This document shows positions 10,400 to 23,034 of a stretch of DNA of 40,360 nucleotides, in pieces (position 1 is the stretch's first letter; every line of letters begins with the position of its first letter). The notes below the pieces were generated by a model. The model did no database searches, was not told the DNA's origin, and saw only the letters and a list, made by a program, of their open reading frames with translations. Position numbers and translations under genes: made by a program. The DNA is from Nemertoderma westbladi (lineage: Eukaryota > Animalia > Xenacoelomorpha), in NCBI GenBank assembly GCA_032718475.1, contig JAUCBJ010006860.1, forward strand, positions 1 through 40,360. The letters run 5' to 3'.

Positions 10400-13300
10400 T
10401 TACGTTGGGGAGTCCCTAGATGTTTGTTGGATTAGGGAGGTGGTCGTGGGAAGAGTATCTTGTCTTCCATAGTTTCCGGAGAGTTCTCTGTCTCTTTCCA
10501 GTAAACATAAGCGACCAACTGGGCGATTGAGCTGCTGTGTCTCGAAGACAATTCCCGGTTTCTTGAAGTTACGTCGCATGACGACGAGTTCTACCGATCG
10601 CACCAAACCGTCATCCGAGATGTGAGTCTCGATGATACGACCTGTCTGCCACCGCTTACGTGGAAGATCTGCATCCACAATAAGGACCATGTCTCCAGCG
10701 CTGACGTTTTCTTGCTGCGCAAACCACTTCGTTCGAAGTTGTAGCGTGGGCAGATAGTGCTTTTCGAAATGGTCAGCGAAACGACGGGATAACAACTGCA
10801 TAAGTTGCCAAGTTTGCCGGCAGTATTCGTCTCCGTCTGTGATTTCCGATTGTGGGAGCATGGCTACAGGTTTCTTCAGTAGGAAGTGCACGGGTGTTAG
10901 CGCTTCCAGGGAATCGGGACTCGATGAGACTGGCATAAGCGGTCTCTCGTTGAGATAGGCGGCGATTTCCTCCATTAACGTCCGCAAAAGTTCGTCGGTG
11001 AGATACGCGCGGCACGGCACTATAAAGTGAAATGCGGTCTTCACACTTCTAATTAATCTCTCCCAACTTCCTCCCCACCAAGGGGCGTCGGCGGCGTTGA
11101 AGGTCCAGCTAGACGCTGTTACCTTTAGCTGATCGTCCACCTGTCTTTGGTTCCAATCTTTGACGTAAGCTTTGATTTCATTGTTGGCACCAATGAAGTT
11201 TGTTCCCTTATCAGATCTCATCGTGTTACTAGTTCCAAAGCGAGCGATCTGTCGTCGTAAGCTTAATAGGAAGCTGTTGGTAGATAAATCGTTCACCATA
11301 TCGAGATGGATAGCTCTACAAGTCATACAAACAAAGATGACACACCATCTCTTGACTATAGTCCTAGCACGATATACCAATAGGGCCAAATAAATCCACA
11401 CCGGTATTAGTAAAGGGTGGTTCATAGAAGCTTACTCGTTCCCTAGGTAATTCTGCCTCTCGCTGTGTTAAAGGCCTACTGAATGCTTTCCTACAGGGTA
11501 TACAGTTCCTAAGAACTTGGTTCAGAGCTCTACGGGGTTTATAAAAATAATAGCGAGTTCGAATTTCGCTAAGAACTCGTTCTCTACCAGCATGATAAAG
11601 TTTGCTGTGAACATCTACAATCATCTTGACTTGTATTTCAAGATTTCTAATGAGTATGGGAAACTTAGTGTCAAAGGATAATGGAGCATTTGTTAATCTT
11701 CCTCCAACACGTATCAACCCATCTATCATTGTGCTAGAGAAACGATCCCTTAAGCGCATCTGTGGATTTCTCAACAACAGGAAATACTTATCGGAATCCT
11801 CATAGCATTGCAGGAGTCTCAGCATCTGCTTGTTGGTTTCTTCATGCTCCTGATAACTGATCTTCTCCTTCAGAAACCTGTCGGATATCTTATATTTGGG
11901 AAGATCTTTAACAACATGGACCTGCACCGATGTTAGTGGAGCGGTATCACTATTGGTCTTCGTCCCGGAGTAGTGATGATGAAAACATCGTTTTAAATAT
12001 GTGACGGCCTTACAGAGCCGATTCCAGGAACTGTAGTGATGTATCGCTCTCTGCAGGAGAGGTGAGAGTCCTTGCGAGACGTCTGGTATTCCAGATTTCC
12101 AATCCTTCTCACGGATTTCCACTACAGACTTATTTGTGGCTGTGGGTTTCTAATCCAAAGCGTCGTCTCCGGAAGTATGTAGTACAGACAGATCTACCAT
12201 AGGTTTAAATAACTTCGATTTACTGGCTCGAGTTTTAGGTTTGACTTTCTCCGCTCCCTTGGCCTGTCTAATCTCTGCTGTAGTAAGATGAGGAGGCCAT
12301 TCTTCTTCTTCTTTGTAGAGGAAGTCAGGTCCACCTAACCAGTCTGGAGTATCTACCAGTTCTTGTGGAGTAGCTCCCCTGGAGGCGATGTCTGCTGGAT
12401 TGATCGTTCCAGGGCAATGTCTCCATTGATCCATCGTTGTGCGACTGAGTATAATGGCTACTCTGTTGGTAACGAAGACACTGAACTGACAGACTTCATT
12501 GGTTATATACTCCAACACGAGTAAAGCATCGGTCCAATAGACAGTTTTCTCCAGTGGATAGTCGATCTGTTCTGTTACATTCCGGCCGATGGCTGTAGCG
12601 TATAGAGCCGCTTTTAACTCCGCTCGAGGAACTTTCAACTTGTTGTTTATCAATGCCTTAGAGGTAACCAAGGCGACTTTGATCCCATCCGGAGTTTCCA
12701 CTCTTAGGTAGGCTACTATACCTATTCCCATATCGCTGGCGTCTCCAAACACATGGAGTTGATAGGAATACGTAGGGAGAACATGACCAAAATATGAACG
12801 GGAAATTATAAAGTTCTCGATGGCTGGTAGAGAATCTTCCCATTTCATCCACTTCTTTAATAATTCTCCCTTAAGTGGATCGTCCCGTGAGTGGTTTTCA
12901 AGCCACATTTGTTGTACTAAACTCCGAGCAATCAATATAACTGGGCTAATAAATCCCAATGGATCGAAATAAGTGCTCAGGATACTTAAACAAATCCGTT
13001 TAGTCCGAACTGGATTATCTCGCTGTTTTAGCTGGAAAAACAGGATATCTCTCTCTGTGTCCCATTTCAAACCAAGTGTCTTGGTTTCTGGAAGATCATC
13101 TTTGATTAGATCTAGGTCTTTCGCTCCTCGATCTTCTACTGGGATCAACTCCAGAAACTCACGGGAGTTGCTGGTGAATTTAGTTAATCGAAATCCACCT
13201 CTTTTTAAGCACTCTACCGTTCCTTTAGCGACATCAATGGCTTCTTCGACTGATGGAAGGGACTTTAGATTATCGTCCATGTATATATCCCGTTTGATGT

Positions 13301-16300
13301 TGTCAATCACCTCTTTAGAGAAGGCTTCTCGGTTGTCATCCGCAGTGGTGCGTACCACTGAACAGGCGTTTGAAGGGCTTGAGATTATCCCAAAAGCCTG
13401 GATGGTCATCCAGTACTCCACCGGTTTCTGGTTGAGATCTCCTTCAGGCCACCACAGAAATCGTAGGCTATCTCGATCCCTATCTAGCGCCTTGACTTGT
13501 AAGAACATGCCTTCTATATCTGAGGCGAAAGCGATTGAATATTGTCGTAATCTTAAAAGTATTCCCAACAAGGATTGGAGTAAGTTGGGTCCGGGTAACA
13601 ATTCAGAATTAAGGGATTGGCCCATATAGAGGGCGGAGCCGTCAAACACCACTCGTACCTCATGGGGTTTACCGGGTTTGGGAACGTAATGGTGAGTTAA
13701 ATAATACGTTCTCTCGGTTATAGGTGTTTCTTCCGGCACTCGCTCCGCATATCCCTTGCTAATAAATTTCCTCAACTGCGTTTGATACATTTCTTTAGCT
13801 GAAGAATTTGCCGTAAGGCGTCGATGTAGTTGAGCAATTCTTTTCTCCGCCAAGGGTCTGTTGTTTATGAACTTTGGTTCTCGCTTTCGGAAAGGTAGAC
13901 CGATTTCATATCTACCTTGATCTTTAAGAAAACGTGTAGTTGTCTCTTGGATCTGCTTGGCTCTTTCTTCTTCTACCGATAGGGCCTTATCGTAGGAATT
14001 GGGCTCTACAGCCTCTTGAGTAAAGAATCGTACGGCGTGTTCATCCCGAGTCTTGGCATTACAACGTTCAATGACGTCATTCAGTTCGTCGTTATAGTCG
14101 TCTCGTTCTGATGGACGGAGTAGCTGACATAAGTTCACTTGGTTTTGCCAAGTCTCGTTTTCCTTAAGGAGATCAATGGTATTCTCCTCATCGAAGAGTT
14201 GGTGGACATTGTCATTATCTGAGGAGTATGGTGTTCCCTCAGTTGGATCGTCTAACTCACTGCTCTCAACTTCCCATTCTCTTACCTGATATACCTGATC
14301 TTTCGGTAATCTTACCATGAGAGTTCTACGGGAAGGGCCAGTAAAGTACCAACCCACTCTAGTTCTTCCCGCATAAGCTTGTAGTGGTTGCGGTTGAGCA
14401 GGCCGTTTCTCCAATGTCTCGAGCGCTTCATGTGCGTTTTGACCGATGAGTATTTGCACTCCAGGGTAATCGGTGTTGAATCTAGGTATTTCGAGCTGCT
14501 GGGTGAAATCGTCCTCATCCCAGTTATAAGGTTCCACTTGGCTGGTAGCGAAGTTTTTTATCGCAACCATTTTTACTGACCTTATACTATGTTCTCCTAG
14601 TTCATCCTGGGGGGTGGACAACGCACCTACATAATAATCTGCTATTACTGTAGATTTCCAAACCTGCATAATTCCTGACATGTTTAGCTTAGTTCGGAAC
14701 TTGGGTTGTCCAGCAAAGATGTCTTCGGCTAGTTCTTTGTCGATGAATGTTCCTGTAGCCTACTACCGGAGTCAAGAAGGGCGTTCACTATATAACTCCT
14801 TTTAGGTCCGTGGACCCTTAACTGTACTACAGGAAATTCTCGGATTCCTACATTGGAAGTTGGCGCTTTCCAAGATGGTTGTCGATCAGAAGTAGTTAGG
14901 GTGAGGTCGCTGTCTGTGTCTTTTTCATACGTAAGTGCTCGATACACTGCGGTATTTATCATGTAACAGGATTCATCTTCGTCGGGGAATTCATCCGTAT
15001 AGAATCCTTCCATCTCAGAACTTTGGTCAGTGTCGTTCACATCACTGAATTGGACATGTAGTTCGGAATCACTTACCTGACTCGGGCTGTTTCGTTCGAA
15101 TTCAGTGTGCAACAAGATATGATGTTTCGCACCGCACTTTGCACACCTTGTGTCGGAGTAACAGGTTCGCCGTTGGTGTCCTTGTCTGAGGCAATTATAA
15201 CACAACCGCTCATCCCACATGACTTCCCGTCTCTCCGTTAATGATTTCTTCAGGAATTCATCACACATATTCAAACGGTGGGTCCCGTCACATAGCGCAC
15301 ATTTCGGTTTGATGTTACTTACCTTATTTTGAATAACATTGTGCACACTCGTTCTTTCTTCGGGCTTTCTCACCTGAATTCTCTTGGGAGACGTATGAGG
15401 AGTTTTTCTTACCTGTTCTCTCCTGTCATTGGTTCGAGACTTGAATTTACTTACCTGTTCTTTAGGCGTTTTATTTACATAATAAGATCTTTCAGTGTCT
15501 TTCCCGCTATCCTCTCCTTGAGAAGTCTGGCTTTCGCCGTCGTCTGTATAACACACTGGTGTTACCTTTCTCCTAGAAACGGGTTGCTCACTTACCTTGT
15601 TTTCCGGTGTCTTCTCTCTGGACTGCTTTAGGAGTTGTAATTTCACTTCTCCATCTAAGAATGACATGAGATCAGCCATGGTAGGGTCTCGTCGTTGCTG
15701 TTCCATCATATATAACACTTTCTTATCCCAGCGTGTACCTACTCCACCCTTCGGTAAAGTAGAGGCCACAGCTCCAATAACCATAGAACTCTGATATTCA
15801 TGAGACTTACCTAGCCAATCTAATTGTCTACAGATCTCCTGAATCTCATCGGAAAACTCTATAATCCCGCTGCTAATGAACTTTCGGGGCGCTACTAATT
15901 TTGCATACAAATATTTAGCTATGTTATTCCTATTACCATACCTGATGTTTAGTGTATCCCAAACTTGTCTTAATCCATCTGGATGTCCAATAAACTTTAA
16001 CGCCATTAACTTGGGAGATCCTTCCAAGCACTCGATGAGGAATCTAAGTTTCTCTCCGTTAGATAGCACAGAGTTCTGTATGTTATCTTTGTAATATTCA
16101 TTAAAAGGTAACCATTTCATCTCATCTCCATTGAACTTGACGATCTCTCCCACCTTTACCGCTTGACGGGCTTCGGTTCTAGCCATTTGACGCGTAAAAC
16201 TTTCTTGGGCCATCGTGTTATTTAATATCGAGTTATCGGTATATAAATTTCTCGGATTATGATCAAGTCTATAGGGAATATCATTGTCAACAGGTTTATA

Positions 16301-18565
16301 ATTACCCTTAATAGGGTTCACTATAGGAGTTTCTACTTCGCTAGCAGTATAGATGCGTGTGGGCTCCACACCTTGCGCATGAGATACTTCAGACCTAACA
16401 GGTTGACACATTGTTACCGGGGGTGGTGGTATACCCTTTTGTGTATTTACTAATTTATCGCGTTCTAATGTGATACTTTGCTGCACTTCTTGCAACTCTA
16501 ACCTACTTTCCCTTACTGTGCCCTTGAACTGCTTGACAGTCTCCTGCATCTGCCCGAGCAGGAGATCCATCCCCCGCCGTCTCTCATCCACCCCCTCGAC
16601 CGCCGAAGCGGGAGCCGCCAACGTTGTAGCGGGCGGACGAGGGACAACGGGCGACAAATCATTAATATTTCGCTCGGAGTCCAGAACATGAACTGTCTCC
16701 TGGGCTGTTCTGCTGGGCACAGGTAGCTTAGTGCTATGCAAAGGGAATCTAGAGGTAGGTTCTGGGAGTACAGGTGTCTCTATCACCGAAGGGGTGGATT
16801 CGAGAACAGGCCTAATTATTTCAGGCTCATCTACTATAGTAGGGAGTCTATCTATTTTAATAATTTGGTCTGGGGGTTCTGTACTACCTAAGTCTGTGCT
16901 AACTAGTTGCTTTCGAACAGCTGGGGGCAAATCAGGCAATTTCTGACGGTGGGACATTCTTCTACGTCTGCTGAGACGAGATCGATTTCCTCCGCCTTTA
17001 GGGTCTGTTGTATCACCTTCATCTGATGATGTAAAACCCTGTCTCTTGGGAGTAGATCGACTCATCATCTGCATTTGACTAGCTGTTAACTGTTTATTTA
17101 TGCAGTCCCGACTCTCCTGAATATCCTCCAACTCCAGTTGGGTGGTCTCTTCAGCTGCTCTTCGTTCTGCTTCTGCCACTGCTCGCTTTCTTTCTGCTTC
17201 TACTGCTGCCGCTGCCGCTTTTCTTTCCACTTCTGCCGCTTTTCTTTCTGCTTCTACTGCTGCCGCTGCCGCCTTTCTTTCCACTTCTGCCGCTTTCCTT
17301 TCCACTTCTGCCGCTTTTCTTTCTGCTTCTACTGCTGCCGCCGCCACTTTTCTTTCTGCCTCTGCCTCTGCTGCTGCCGCTGCTGCTATCTTTCTGTCTT
17401 CTATACGTTTTTTCTTTACTTGTTCTTCTTGGACTCTAGTGATGCGGAGGCGTTCATCAAATTCAGCTTGGTTCGCAGCTCTCATATCCACATCGATTGC
17501 GTCCAACACAAGCTTGGCTCCTTCACTGTTAGGGCTAAGTCCATCTAACCTTCTCCTCAACTCTTCATCTCCTACAAAACGTTGATAGTCCGACAGATAG
17601 ATATCAATAGCATCCCTCTTATGCGGCTTCTCTACCGTCGCTTCACTTTCCACTTGGGAAAATCTAGCGTCTGTGGATTCTTCATGGGTTGAGCGCTCAG
17701 ATAACTGAGATTTCCAAGGGGCAGTTATTTGAACTTGGAGACTCAACCGCTGTAACCAAGTCTTTACGGCAACTTGCAACGAAGTGTCTTGTCTTCTTTT
17801 CGAAGCCTCCTCAAAGGCCGATAGGATTAGTCTGATTCTTAGAATTCTTTCTCGAACTTGATAAAGCAGATCTCCCTGCTCTTGAGGTCCTTGTGGTTGT
17901 CCAAACAATTGTTCTTCTAATCGCCCCATGGAGCTGAAGAATCACTGTACGTATCCGGCTGCGGACCTCTTCCACACAGCTGGATCGATGGTTTCCTTGG
18001 TTACTCCCATCCTGTGTATGTCTTCCCAGGCAGCTTCCGATAAATCAAACGGGAGTCCGGGTCCGGGGAAGTTCCATTGCGACTCGACAATAGACTTCAG
18101 TTCTTCCCTTGACTACTCCGCATAACTACCCTTAGTCGATCGCTTACTTTTCGCCCAATCAATCTGGTGTTCCTCCACCGCAATCAATAACCTAGTGAGT
18201 ACGGCTGCAGGAAGGATGAGAAGGGGGTCCGAATAAACCGCATCTGTCATCTTTGCTCCGTGCTCGGGTGTCAGCTCTACAGTATCCGCACTACTGGAGC
18301 TGTCGGGCCGCTGAGAAATAAGTTCTCGGCTCGCGGGTGGTTGCTGTTCCGCTGCTTCTTGGTCCCGCTTGACCTGAGCTCTAGTGCCTATGACAGACCT
18401 ACGGTGTTGGACCAGCCTAGGTTCTGATATTACTACTGGGGGAATGATCTTTCTTACAGTAGGAGGTGAGTTGAACTTCAGTCTCACACGTTCCACACTC
18501 CTGTCTGGGTCACAGATGGTCGTATCTAGGAGACTGTCTGACAGGTTTTGCTTGGTGTCAGACAT
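10400..18565 (-). pseudogene. BEL/Pao gag-pol polyprotein (about 2700 codons), broken by stops and frameshifts
   Basis: Gag KFNGD...LSNGEKLRFL; three Cys/His knuckles (CALC..H..C, CYNC..GH..C, CAKC..HH); protease LLDSGS; RT YMDD; RNase H LHVFGDAS; integrase HHCC, GVDLFGP, SDKGTNF, PWWGGSWERL. In-frame stops at 18113, 17942 and 12150; frameshifts near 14760 and 11400. The first two stops are sense codons in copy B. Confidence 0.95.
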
Positions 18566-18699
18566 GTTTGCTTGTACAGTTGAATGCCTACTGCTATGTT
18601 ACAGTCAAAGCAAGTCTAGTAATTCAGTATCAACTGTTAGCCTAGTAATTAATTACCGATACTGCTACTCAGTGTAGCGTGATATATATATATAATATA

Positions 18700-19182
18700 T
18701 TAGAATACCGGTATGCTTATAGTATATATATAAGTATTATTACAGACTAGGTTTGTCACAGAATACCGGTATGTAATTTCAGCCCAAATATATAGCAATA
18801 TATAATAAGCCTATCGTGAATACCGGTATACAGCTTACACTTATAGTATATATAAGTATAATTATGGATTAGAATTAATTACAGAATACCGGTATAATTT
18901 CAGCCTAAATTTATAAATATATAATAGGCCTATCGTGAATACCGGTATACAGTTTACACTTATAGTATATATAAGTATAATTATGGATTAGAATTAGAAT
19001 TAATTACAGAATACCAGTATAATTTCAGCCAAAATTTATAAATATATAATAGGCCTATCGTGAATACCGGTATACAGTTTACACTTATAGTATATATATA
19101 AGTATAATTACAGAATACCGGTATGATTTCAGCCTAAATTTATAGAAATAAATATAATAAGCCTATGGTAAATACCGGTATG
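18700..19182. repeat. AT-rich tandem repeat (about 60-bp subunits, about 120-bp dimer) with ATACCGGTAT palindromes in the retrotransposon leader
   Basis: (G)AATACCGGTAT recurs about nine times. A shorter array occupies the equivalent place in copy B (about 38135-38320). Confidence 0.85.
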
Positions 19183-20148
19183 TCAATTATTTTGGAATAA
19201 TTGAATTTCTGAATTTTAGGGGTTACTTGGTTACTTTAACTTACTTTATTACCGTTATTTAAGCAGTAGTCCAACTGATATTAAGACCTAATTGTTGTAT
19301 GGCAGGCCTACTATTTTATAAATCGGTTTGAGTTGATTTATAATACATATACCCGTTAAAATGGGTTTTGTCAATATTTGAAATAAATGTTATTATTTCT
19401 GGGGTAGTCACTACACAGAAGCTGTGCGCTCTCAGTGAAGTGCTACTTGTTGGACACTAATACTAATAATTCTAATTTACCTAAGTTACTTAATACTACA
19501 AATTACGTACAATTCGGGTGAGATTACAATCTCTAAATAAACACAAAAATTACAAGTACGAATTTTTAGGGTAATTTTACAAGAAGTCTACAAACCAGCC
19601 TAACAAAGGGTTAGATTATCTGGTTATTACAACGGACAGGGTACTACGGTATTTGAAAATAATAGGTATTTGAAAATAATAAGTAGTAGTAAATATACTG
19701 CATTGTCCAGATAGGAAAAATGCCACCGTCTGACGACTTATAGCCGTATCGCTATAAGTACTACGTTATGTATCACGGAGTGTTCCTACCTAGAAGTTAA
19801 TTACCGCGGTCTACCAGAACCAACGTGCCTATTAACCACTTTACAACACAAATATACTGCCCACACACTAATCACCTTCGGGAAGCACTGTACACTAAAC
19901 CCTAAATTAGGTACAAGTACTTATACAACAAATAATCAGTAGTTAAAAATACTTGAACAGCCAAAAGAACCACGGTATCTGCTGGAGTGACCGGGGTACA
20001 AAATCACCAGTCTTTACCTACGCCAAGCAGCCCTGATGTAGTACCGGGGTTAATTTAACTATAACGGTATATATAACAAGCACAATTACTGTAGGAATAA
20101 ACTTGGGGATATGAATGTTGCGAATAATCGCATAAACTCTGAATAATA

Positions 20149-20719
20149 AATATTACGCTACGCGTACAGACTACTCAAACAAAATGCAGACCAAATACTG
20201 ACAGACTACTATCGAGCCTAAACAAACTACGGTATATGCAGACTCCGAAATGGTTAGTTAGTATGCGTTCTAACCGAGTAGTACGACTTATTCTTTCGAG
20301 GGGGTTTACCTCACAGCTCTGGAAGCCCCTACGTTCCCAACTGGCACTTTATCGGACATACACTCTACACACACCGAAATCTCTTCAGACCTAACAACAG
20401 CCAGACAAAATCCAGCCTACAAATTATCTAAATAAGAAATATTACGCTACCCGTACAAACTACACAAACAAAGTACAGACCAAACGCTGGCAGACTACTA
20501 TCAAGCCTAAACAAACTACAGTATATGCAGACTCCGAAATGGTTAGTTAGTATGCGTTCTAACCGAGTAGTACGACTTATTCTTTCGAGGGGGTTTACCT
20601 CACAGCACTGGAAGCCCCTACTTTCCTAACTAGTAATTTATCGGACATACACTCTACACACACTACAGTCCCTTCAGACTTAACAACAGTCAGACAACAG
20701 TCCAGCCTACAAATTATCT
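20149..20719. repeat. Two tandem 289-bp direct repeats in the leader of copy A
   Basis: TATTACGCTA at 20151 and 20440; both units end CAGCCTACAAATTATCT. Confidence 0.9.
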
Positions 20720-20988
20720 GTACAATCTGGGCAGGCTTACACGTCTTCTGCTCAATATTAACCTACAAGTAAATAAAACTGACAGAAATAAGTAAAATCT
20801 CAATAAAAAACCAGGGCTGCAGTCCCTGATTAATTATTAAGGCCTACCGGTATATAATTATCAAAATTGAATAATACTGCTGTACCTGTACTGCTGTAGG
20901 TACCGGTCCGGGTGGTTAGGTAGTCAGGCCTACTAGGTACCGGTTGACCGGTACTTCAGCTTTATTGCCTACTGCAATACAGAAGCTT

Positions 20989-20998
20989 TATCTGTTAT
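20989..20998 (-). promoter_or_regulatory. Non-tRNA primer-binding site candidate of copy A (sense ATAACAGATA)
   Basis: Abuts the 5' LTR end, has no TGG, and is the exact reverse complement of 21746-21755. Confidence 0.7.
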
Positions 20999-22200
20999 TG
21001 TTTGCGCTTTCAGACCTTTAGCAGTTTAACCTGCCAAATTGGGATGTCTTCTAGATAATAGATCGTCTTTAGCCTATGACAAGTATTTGATACACTACAT
21101 TAGCCGAAGCCAGTCTATGCGCGATCATTCACCCGCTGGATATACCCGGGAGACTGGATTCGGAAGCCTAACCGTATTGCGGTGTAGGCCTACTGTATTA
21201 TTCGACTGATCGTAATATATAATCTCTGACAAATATTACTCACTCTCGGGAAATATTAACAGTTCCTTTAGGATGTGGCGCTCTAAATATGTAAACAGAG
21301 TTATGACTTAAACTAGACACAACGGGATGGCTATAGATTCACGTATATGGCGCATTCTTTAGGAGATGCTTTGTTATCAGTCACAATCATACACAATACT
21401 GCACAATGCTGCACACCGATCTGCCGACCTTCACTAATTTTAGTCACATACAAAGAGAACAACAACCAATACATGTAGGGCCTATGAAATAGCATTAGAT
21501 TCACTTCAAAACCACTTTAATGTAAGTCGCAATCGTTATATGTAACCGGTCTCTCTAACCTTCAGTATATCAAGAAGATTGGGGTGTCTGATTATTGATT
21601 GATATTCTCCAATATAATAATATTCCATCAACAGATATAATGAATAACCGACAGTAAATAGCAGTAAAAATGCAGTGTTTGTAGTTGACAATATGATTAG
21701 GTGAGTGAGTTGTGAGATGCGTTTGGTTTGATATGATTAGCTAAGATAACAGATATACGTTCTATAATTAAGCCTACTAATGTTGGGCTAAAGACTGAAA
21801 ACACAGAGATTCCAAAAGCCGGTCTTCTAGGCTCAGGACAAAATGTAAACATTGACCCATAATGCATTGCGCGATTTCCCGGAGGTTTCTGTACAAAAAG
21901 CAGGAGAATCGCTCTGATTGGTTGACCGAACAAAGAAACACCAGAGAACAAGGAAAAAGCTACACGTGTACAGCTCAGCTGTTAGCTGTCGTCATAGTAA
22001 CTACACTGTTTCAAGAGGATCTAGCGCATTGCGTCATAGAATTGCTAATTATGTCCGCTAAAGTACACATACAGAATAAATGGCTTTGTATGTCCACTAA
22101 AACACCAGTACAGTAAGGATACGGCCTTTTATGCCTGTTAAACCAACTACAGAGTACTTTACGGGGAAAATAACCGGCTAATTCCGCAAAAGCTTTTACA
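20999..22200 (-). repeat. 5' LTR of copy A (1202 bp)
   Basis: Direct repeat of 752-1953, followed by TSD TGTAT. Confidence 0.96.
21746..21755 (-). other. Candidate self-primer motif in the LTR of copy A (sense TATCTGTTAT)
   Basis: Complementary to 20989-20998 and positionally equivalent to 35490-35501 in copy B. Confidence 0.65.
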
Positions 22201-23034
22201 TGTATGTAGGTCCCTGTTCCATTGGTAGCAGACCATGGGTTTGTGGCGTTTGTTATGCCAACATTCACACCGCAATACGCAGACCATTCGTCGGACTGTA
22301 TCTTGGTTCCACCGGCGACATGTTTCTCCAAAATAGGATGGAGGGTGTCTGCATCACGATGCAAAACGTGGTAGAGGCGGATGTCGACTTTATTATCTGG
22401 CGTTTCCATACCAGTCCAAACACCCACGGCCCATCCACTGTCGTCCCATAATTAGATCGGGTGACGGAAAGTGGTCCCCACCAAGCAAACGACCTCGGTT
22501 GTTGGTGCTCCTCTTGCGTTTTCCCCGCAATAGCGTCTCGTCGATTTGGACGATATGTCCTGGTCCACCCATTGGCTCTGACTCCTCTTGATCGCGGTAC
22601 ATTAATTCTCTAATAAAATTGTACTAGTCGACAAGGGATCCATTGCCTTGCACCCCAACAATGTCGCCTAGCAACAGATGTGCAGTACGCATTCGAACTT
22701 CGAGAGCAAACGAATACGAGATGGCCAGAATCTGCCGAACCTCGAATCGACTCTTCTCAAACCACGTTCCAGAACGTGCAGTTTGCTTATCTGCTTGTGC
22801 TTATTAGCCTTGGAGCAACGCCAAACAAGCCGCATGAATCCCCTGTCTGCCTGTCCTTCAGCGTAATTTTAGCTTGCGCAGTACAACCCGGAAAAGAACA
22901 AAGACGTAGGGTTGGTTGCCCATTTTGTTGTAGAGTTCGGGGAGAAGCTCCACGCTTTGAGCAAACTCAATAGCGCGCTCCTCAGTCTCGATAAGTTTCC
23001 CAATCTCAATGAAATTTAATTCAGCCATAGTCAT
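22201..23034 (-). pseudogene. Merlin/IS1595-type transposase, N-terminal and central part, frameshifted
   Basis: Motifs GGPGHIVQIDET, RK..NRGR, WVFG and RDADTLHPILEKHVAGGTKIQSDEWSAY. A possible left terminus GGGTATTAG lies on the minus strand at about 23187. Confidence 0.9.

Larger units (their letters stand above)
752..22200 (-). mobile_element. Full-length BEL/Pao LTR retrotransposon (copy A), disabled, with nested LINE and hAT insertions
   Basis: Two near-identical TG...CA LTRs (752-1953, 20999-22200), a 5-bp TSD TGTAT at 747-751 and 22201-22205, and gag-PR-RT-RH-IN with BEL/Pao motifs. Confidence 0.96.

Noticed and set aside
12120-12152. Programmed readthrough or alternative genetic code to explain in-frame stops
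   Set aside because: Stops are of mixed type and occur with frameshifts, and two gag stops are sense codons in copy B; ordinary decay explains them.
17138-17585. Cys-rich and Ala-rich ORFs (also 39466-39843)
   Set aside because: Antisense shadows of the gag low-complexity repeat.
20230-20360. Hammerhead or other known ribozyme in the 289-bp repeat
   Set aside because: No CUGANGA plus GAAA core found on either strand by eye.
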